A stretch of DNA of 64,000 nt. Source: Sedimentisphaerales bacterium. GTDB lineage: Bacteria > Planctomycetota > Phycisphaerae > Sedimentisphaerales > Anaerobacaceae. Under the pieces are notes generated by a model. It saw only the letters and a list, made by a program, of their open reading frames with translations. It was not told where the DNA came from and made no database searches. Positions 58,769 to 64,000 of this stretch are shown here, piece by piece. The translations under genes were made by a program, and so were the position numbers. The stretch spans positions 960,001-1,024,000 of the forward strand of contig JAXGYC010000007.1 of NCBI GenBank assembly GCA_040772485.1, written 5' to 3'. Positions within the stretch are counted from its first letter, which is position 1; each line of letters opens with the position of its first letter.

Positions 58769-60205
58769 ATGGCAAGAATCGAACTGCGTTTCCTGTCCAA
58801 AAGCAACATCCAGGCCATTCATGAGGCCAGTGTTGTCATTCTTCGCGATACCGGTGTAAAGGTTCATCACGAGACGGCTGTGCGGTTGTTGCGCGAAGCG
58901 GGCGCACGTGTCGATGACACCGGCAAGATCGCCCATCTGCCCGAGCAACTCATCATGGATTGCGTTACGCAGACGGGCAAGCAGTACGTGCTCCATGGGC
59001 GCGATCCGCAGCGCGCCGCGCGGTTCGGTCATGGCGACAGCGTGTGGATGTCCAGCCCCGGTCAGTACACGTGGATCGATTCGCGGAGCGGCCGGCGTCG
59101 TGGGGCCACACTCGGAGACGTTCGCGACGCCGTTCGGTTGGGCGATGCCCTGGACCACATCCACGTCGTGGGCGCGATGGGCCAGCCCGAAGAAATCCCC
59201 GAGACCTGGCGCGACGTCTTCCTGACGGGCGAACTGGTCAAGGGAACGACCAAACCCACGCGGTGCTGGGTGCGCAACGGCCGCACGGCGGGCGCCATTC
59301 TGGAGATCTACCGAACGATCGCGGGAGGCGAGCAGGCCCTGCGCGACAAGCCCATGGCCGAGGCGTTCCTCGAACCGATCAGCCCGCTCCAGTTGCCCGA
59401 GCATGGGCTCGAGATCGTCAAGGTGTTTGCGCAGGCCGGTCAGCCTGTGAGCATCGGCCCGATGGCGATGACTTCGGCGACTGCGCCCGGTACGCTCGCG
59501 GGCACGCTGGCGCAGGAGAACGCCGAAATCCTCGCCGGACTGGTGGTGACGCAGCTTTTCGCGCGGGGAACACCTGTCATGTACGGCGGCATCCCGCACA
59601 TCATGGACCCGCGAACGAGCATCTGCTCGTTCGGCTCGCCCGAGCAGGGATTGATGGCCGTAGCCATGGTGCAGATGGCCCGGTTCTACGGCCTTCCGGC
59701 ATACGTCAACGTGGGCCTGACGGACGCCAAAACGCTCGACGCACAGGCGGGAATCGAAAAAGCGTCGAGCATGCTGCTGGGGGTTCTGGCCGGCGCCGAC
59801 ACGTTCGGGCATTGCGGCATTTGCGGCACGGACCATGGGGCGAGCCTCGAATGGCTCTACGCCGACAACGAGCTGGCCGCCTATGTCCGGCGCATCGCGC
59901 GCGGCTTCGAGACCGACGCCGAAACGCTGGCAACCGAGGTCGTCCACCGCGTGGGACCCTGCGGCAACTTTCTGGCGGAGGAACACACGGTCCGGCACTT
60001 CCGCGACGAGCTCTGGTTACCCGGTCCGGCCTGGACGCGGCAGAGCTGGGACGGCTGGGAGACCGACGGATCCACATCCATGGCCCAACGCGCATCGGAA
60101 CGTGTCCGTACGATCCTGGCGGCGCATGAAGTTGAACCTCTGGATGGCAGACTCGCCGCTGAGATCGACCGGATCGTTCAGTGCGCGCAGCGGGAACCGG
60201 ATTGA
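58769..60205 (+). CDS. trimethylamine methyltransferase (MttB superfamily), non-pyrrolysine
   Basis: IHEASVVILRDTGV, PISPLQ, TAPGTLAGTLAQENAEILAG, GLTDAKTLDAQAGIE; no in-frame TAG. Confidence 0.9.
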   Translation: MARIELRFLSKSNIQAIHEASVVILRDTGVKVHHETAVRLLREAGARVDDTGKIAHLPEQLIMDCVTQTGKQYVLHGRDPQRAARFGHGDSVWMSSPGQYTWIDSRSGRRRGATLGDVRDAVRLGDALDHIHVVGAMGQPEEIPETWRDVFLTGELVKGTTKPTRCWVRNGRTAGAILEIYRTIAGGEQALRDKPMAEAFLEPISPLQLPEHGLEIVKVFAQAGQPVSIGPMAMTSATAPGTLAGTLAQENAEILAGLVVTQLFARGTPVMYGGIPHIMDPRTSICSFGSPEQGLMAVAMVQMARFYGLPAYVNVGLTDAKTLDAQAGIEKASSMLLGVLAGADTFGHCGICGTDHGASLEWLYADNELAAYVRRIARGFETDAETLATEVVHRVGPCGNFLAEEHTVRHFRDELWLPGPAWTRQSWDGWETDGSTSMAQRASERVRTILAAHEVEPLDGRLAAEIDRIVQCAQREPD

Positions 60206-60266
60206 GTCTCTCCGGCGAGAGCGGATGCACAGACATCGAAACAAGACCATATCGGGAAATGCGAAG

Positions 60267-61637
60267 ATGAGAAATCAAGACGGCACATCGAAGAAAGATA
60301 TTTCACGCCGACTATTCATGAGTCACGCAGCCGTTGTGGCGGCATTCACCGTGGTGCCTCGGCACGTGCTGGGCGGACCACGCCGCATCGCACCCAGCGA
60401 GAAGCTCAATATCGCCGGCATCGGGGTCGGCGGACGCGGCGGCGACGACCTGCAAGGTGTCGAGAGCGAGAACATCGTTGCCCTGTGCGACGTGGACTGG
60501 CAGAGCGCGGCGGGAGCATTTCGACGCTATCCCAACGCCAGGAAGTACCGTGACTTTCGCGAGATGCTCGACAAGGAGGGCGACGGGATCGACGCGGTGG
60601 TCGTGGCCACGCCCGATCACGTTCACGCGGTCGCGTCGATGGCCGCGATCAAAAAGGGCAAGCACGTCTACTGTGAAAAACCTTTGACGCGGACGATCCA
60701 CGAGGCTCGTGCGCTGACGCTGGCGGCGCGCGAGGCAAAAGTGGCCACCCAGATGGGCAATCAGGGTATGGCCTTCGAGGGCAACCGGCTGATCAAGGAG
60801 TGGATTTGGGATGGCGCCATCGGAGATGTCCGCGAGGTTCACGTCTGGTCCGACCGGCCGACGCACCAGGGCAAGCTACCTTTGTGGTGGGCTCAGGGCA
60901 TCGAACGCCCGACCGACACGCCCGCCGTGCCGGATCACCTGGACTGGGACTTGTGGCTGGGCCCGGCGCCGTATCGCCCCTACCATCCGGCGTATGTCCC
61001 CTTCCGCTGGCGGGGCTGGTGGGATTTCGGCTCCGGCGGGCTGGGCGACATGGGCATCCACAACCTGGCGCCGGTCTTCAGCACGTTGAAGCTGGGCGCG
61101 CCGACCAGCGTCCACGCCAGCTCGACGGCCGTCTACGAAGAGACGTTGCCCCTGGCTTCGACGGTTCACTACGAGTTCCCGGCGCGGGGCAACATGCCAC
61201 CCGTGACGGTCCACTGGTACGACGGCGGACTGATCGCGGCCCGTCCGCCGGAACTCGAAGACAATCGCGAGCTGCCGCGCGAAGACGGGCTGATCTTCGT
61301 CGGCGACAGGGGCACGATGCTCGTGACCGGCTGGGGAGGCAACAGCCCGCGTCTGATCCCCGAGACGAAAATGAAAGCCTACGAGCAGCCGCCCAGGACG
61401 CTGCCCCGCTCGATCGGCCACTACGAGGAGTGGATCAAGGCCTGCAAGGAAGGAACGCCGACCGAATCGGCCTTCGATTTCGCCGGTCCCATGACCGAGG
61501 CGGTGCTGCTGGGCACGGTCTGTGTCCGCGCAGGTGGGCTCAAGCTCCTGTGGGACAGCGCGTCGATGAAGGTCACGAACCTGCCCGAGGCAAACCAGTA
61601 CGTACGCTGCACGTACCGCGAATCCTGGACGCTGTGA
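60267..61637 (+). CDS. Tat-exported Gfo/Idh/MocA oxidoreductase
   Basis: SRRLF; IAGIGVGGRG, ATPDHVH, VYCEKP, TQMGNQG, LDWDLWLGPAP, GGLGDMGIH. Confidence 0.9.
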   Translation: MRNQDGTSKKDISRRLFMSHAAVVAAFTVVPRHVLGGPRRIAPSEKLNIAGIGVGGRGGDDLQGVESENIVALCDVDWQSAAGAFRRYPNARKYRDFREMLDKEGDGIDAVVVATPDHVHAVASMAAIKKGKHVYCEKPLTRTIHEARALTLAAREAKVATQMGNQGMAFEGNRLIKEWIWDGAIGDVREVHVWSDRPTHQGKLPLWWAQGIERPTDTPAVPDHLDWDLWLGPAPYRPYHPAYVPFRWRGWWDFGSGGLGDMGIHNLAPVFSTLKLGAPTSVHASSTAVYEETLPLASTVHYEFPARGNMPPVTVHWYDGGLIAARPPELEDNRELPREDGLIFVGDRGTMLVTGWGGNSPRLIPETKMKAYEQPPRTLPRSIGHYEEWIKACKEGTPTESAFDFAGPMTEAVLLGTVCVRAGGLKLLWDSASMKVTNLPEANQYVRCTYRESWTL

Positions 61638-61761
61638 GAAAGCGCTTCCGCCGACGCGCCGGCAAATCCGGCCGGCGACTTGACGAAACGTGCGATCGGG
61701 CTATCATGGACGCGACGTGGCAACCTGAAGATCGATGCTTGGAGTGCGCAAAGGTGTTTGG

Positions 61762-63237
61762 ATGAAGCTGGAGATGACAGGACAGATGCGGATGGAGCAG
61801 CGGATGAAGCTCGCTCCGCACATGATCCAGTCGATGGAGATTCTTCAGCTTCCGATCCAGGCGCTGGCCGAACGCATCGAACAGGAACTCAACAGCAATC
61901 CCGTTCTCGAACTGGACGAGCCGTCCGAGCCCGAGGAGGGCGAGGTCGTGTCCGAGCCGTCCGGGGACGACACGTTGGCGGAGAAGGCCCTCGTTGTCGA
62001 CCCCGACAGCCCCAAGGCCGAGGATTTCGAGCGTCTGGAGAGCCTTGAGGATGACTTCAAGGATTTCATCAACCAGTCGGGGCCTTACCGCAGCCGGGCG
62101 GACGCCGATGAGCGAGACCGCAAGCTCGAAGCAATCAAGAACGCCGCGGCGCCGCCACAGTCGCTGCATGACTACCTCAACGACCAGTGGCGCCTCGTGG
62201 ATGCGGAAGAGCCGGTAAAGAAGGCCGGCCAGGCGATCATCGACTACATCGACGATCGGGGCTATCTCAGCATCCGCCTGGAGCAACTGCACAACAAGGA
62301 TCGCAGCGATTTCCAGCCCGACCATCTCAAGGAGGCCCTGCGTCTGGTGCAGCAACTCGACCCGCCAGGCGTGGGAGCACAAGACTTGAGGGAGTGCCTT
62401 CTGATCCAGATCGCTCAGAATGGGCAGGACATGGGCTGTGAGTACCGCCTGGTGGCCGACCACATGGACGACCTGCTCGAAAACCGTCTGCCGGACATCG
62501 CACGCAAGATGGGCCTGAGCATCGAGCAGGTCAACGAGGCCATCGAACGTCTGAGCAAGCTGGATACTTCGCCCGGCCTGCAGGTCGGGCGCAACGAGAG
62601 CATCCCGATCACGCCGGATGTGATCGTCGAATCGCCCAACGGTTCCGACGACTTCACCGTGCGTCTGGCCGAATCCGACCTGCGGGGCCTGAGGCTCAGC
62701 AACTACTATACGCGCATGGCCAAGGACACGCAGGTCAGCGACAAGACCCGCAAGTTTCTCCAGAACAACATCCGCTCGGCCCACTGGATCATCGAGGCGA
62801 TCGAGCAACGCAAGAACACGCTTCTGAAGGTCGCACAGGCCATTGTCAGAAACCAGCGGGATTTCTTCGAGAAAGGTCCGCTGCATCTGCGTCCGCTGCC
62901 CATGTCCAAGGTCGCCGAAGAGGTGGGCGTGCACCTGGCCACCGTCTCGCGAGCGGTTTCGGGCAAGTACATGCAGTGCGCGTGGGGTGTCCTTCCCCTT
63001 CGCAAGTTCTTCAGCGGAGGCACGGAGGACGAGAACGGCCAGGCCCACAGTTGGGAGGCCATCCGCGTCAAGCTCCAGCAGATCATCGACGAAGAGGACA
63101 AGACCAATCCGCTCAACGACGACCAGATCAAAGAGAAGCTGGCGGAAGCCGGCATCCCCAATCTGGCCCGGCGCACGGTCGCCAAATACCGCAAGCTGCT
63201 GAACATCCCCACCGCGCGGTTCCGCAAGCGGTATTGA
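61762..63237 (+). CDS. rpoN: RNA polymerase sigma-54 factor
   Basis: MIQSMEILQL..ELNSNPVLE, DPPGVGA, HLATVSRA, RpoN box ARRTVAKYR. Confidence 0.97.
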   Translation: MKLEMTGQMRMEQRMKLAPHMIQSMEILQLPIQALAERIEQELNSNPVLELDEPSEPEEGEVVSEPSGDDTLAEKALVVDPDSPKAEDFERLESLEDDFKDFINQSGPYRSRADADERDRKLEAIKNAAAPPQSLHDYLNDQWRLVDAEEPVKKAGQAIIDYIDDRGYLSIRLEQLHNKDRSDFQPDHLKEALRLVQQLDPPGVGAQDLRECLLIQIAQNGQDMGCEYRLVADHMDDLLENRLPDIARKMGLSIEQVNEAIERLSKLDTSPGLQVGRNESIPITPDVIVESPNGSDDFTVRLAESDLRGLRLSNYYTRMAKDTQVSDKTRKFLQNNIRSAHWIIEAIEQRKNTLLKVAQAIVRNQRDFFEKGPLHLRPLPMSKVAEEVGVHLATVSRAVSGKYMQCAWGVLPLRKFFSGGTEDENGQAHSWEAIRVKLQQIIDEEDKTNPLNDDQIKEKLAEAGIPNLARRTVAKYRKLLNIPTARFRKRY

Positions 63238-63314
63238 ACCCCGTCGTCAAATGGCCCTTGCCGACGACAAGTACCGTCCCCGCATTTGCAGCCGCCGCCG
63301 GACAGCGTTTGTGC

Positions 63315-63343
63315 TTGACCCCACTGGGCAACTCTGTTAGTGT
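63315..63343 (+). promoter_or_regulatory. sigma-70-type promoter
   Basis: TTGACC-17-TAGTGT with extended -10 TG. Confidence 0.55.
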
Positions 63344-63461
63344 GCGCCGGCCGTTCGCAGGCGAGAGTCTTGCCATGTGGAGGCGTTGAAATGGTCGAGG
63401 GCCAGGAACACGGGCCGGACGACTCTGAAAATGGACTACCGATCGGAGAGCTTCTGCCGAC

Positions 63462-64000
63462 ATGAAGGATTTCGCTCGTCTGTTTGGATACATCTGGCCG
63501 CAATGGCCTCGCGTCGTGGCGGTTGTGGTCAGCGCCATGGTCATTGCCCTGCTGCTTTCCGTCAGTTTCATGGCGATCATTCCCCTTCTGACGGTCATGA
63601 TCGGCAACGAAGGCCTGCACGGATGGGCAGACCGCAAGACCTGCGAGACCGCGTATGGACTCGTGTCTGAGGCCACGGAACCGGGCGAAGGGGCCGAGCC
63701 CGCCCTCCCGAACCACCTGCGGGTGATCCGCGTCAGGGAGGGTGGACTGGCCGAGAAAGCAGGCATCCGCAAGGACGATCACATTGCGAACGTCGGTCCG
63801 TCCGTCACCCCTGTCTCCGAGGTGGAAACCTCGTACGCGCAGATGCTCGAAGAGCTGGCCAAGGCAACGGACCAGACGTTGCGCGTGACGTTGCTGCGGC
63901 GAGAAAACACCGACTGGACCCGCCTCGATGTCGAATTGGACACGCCTCGGAACCTGGCGGCGGTGGATGCTCAGAAATGGAACGCGTTTCGATATATCAA
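63462..64000 (+). CDS. partial membrane protein, probably an ABC exporter TMD with a PDZ-like insertion (truncated by the window end)
   Basis: My translation: MKDFARLFGYIWPQWPRVVAVVVSAMVIALLLSVSFMAIIPLL...LRVIRVREGGLAEKAGIRKDDHI; not in the ORF track because it has no stop in the window. Confidence 0.6.
   Translation, partial: MKDFARLFGYIWPQWPRVVAVVVSAMVIALLLSVSFMAIIPLLTVMIGNEGLHGWADRKTCETAYGLVSEATEPGEGAEPALPNHLRVIRVREGGLAEKAGIRKDDHIANVGPSVTPVSEVETSYAQMLEELAKATDQTLRVTLLRRENTDWTRLDVELDTPRNLAAVDAQKWNAFRYI

Noticed and set aside
58769..60205. Pyrrolysine or selenocysteine recoding
   Set aside because: The ORF is uninterrupted, with no pyl or sel genes and no readthrough-type split ORFs seen.

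Overview
GC-rich bacterial chromosomal window. The gene families present (DUF1559 prepilin-like proteins, an expanded LamG/discoidin secreted family, FlgI-HEAT, a long HTH-fused sigma-70, Tat-exported Gfo/Idh/MocA enzymes) point to Planctomycetota, most likely Phycisphaerae/Sedimentisphaerales; this assignment is inference. Housekeeping content: lexA, uvrD/pcrA, smc, an M16 peptidase pair, proC, P5C dehydrogenase, SRP RNA, dnaX, recR, rpoN, tRNA-Ser(GCT) and tRNA-Arg(ACG). These are interleaved with secreted and carbohydrate-related genes, a corrinoid protein and a non-pyrrolysine MttB-family methyltransferase. No CRISPR array, prophage or transposase was seen. The most interesting signals are non-coding or recoding: (1) a ~2.75 kb tandem duplication whose 5' leaders keep two SD-led upstream ORFs with synonymous substitutions; (2) a four-helix-bundle (23S rRNA IVP-like) gene between ffs and dnaX, bracketed by AT-rich heptamer inverted repeats; (3) an A9 slippage site in dnaX with stops in both shifted frames; (4) two tandem promoter-terminator units with no ORF (candidate sRNAs) and a ~250-nt fold-back element; (5) an 11-bp-periodic candidate LexA operator; (6) LacI-type operators over a DUF1559-LamG operon; (7) a sigma-70 lacking the canonical melting aromatics. 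All family calls come from motif recognition by eye, with no database search.
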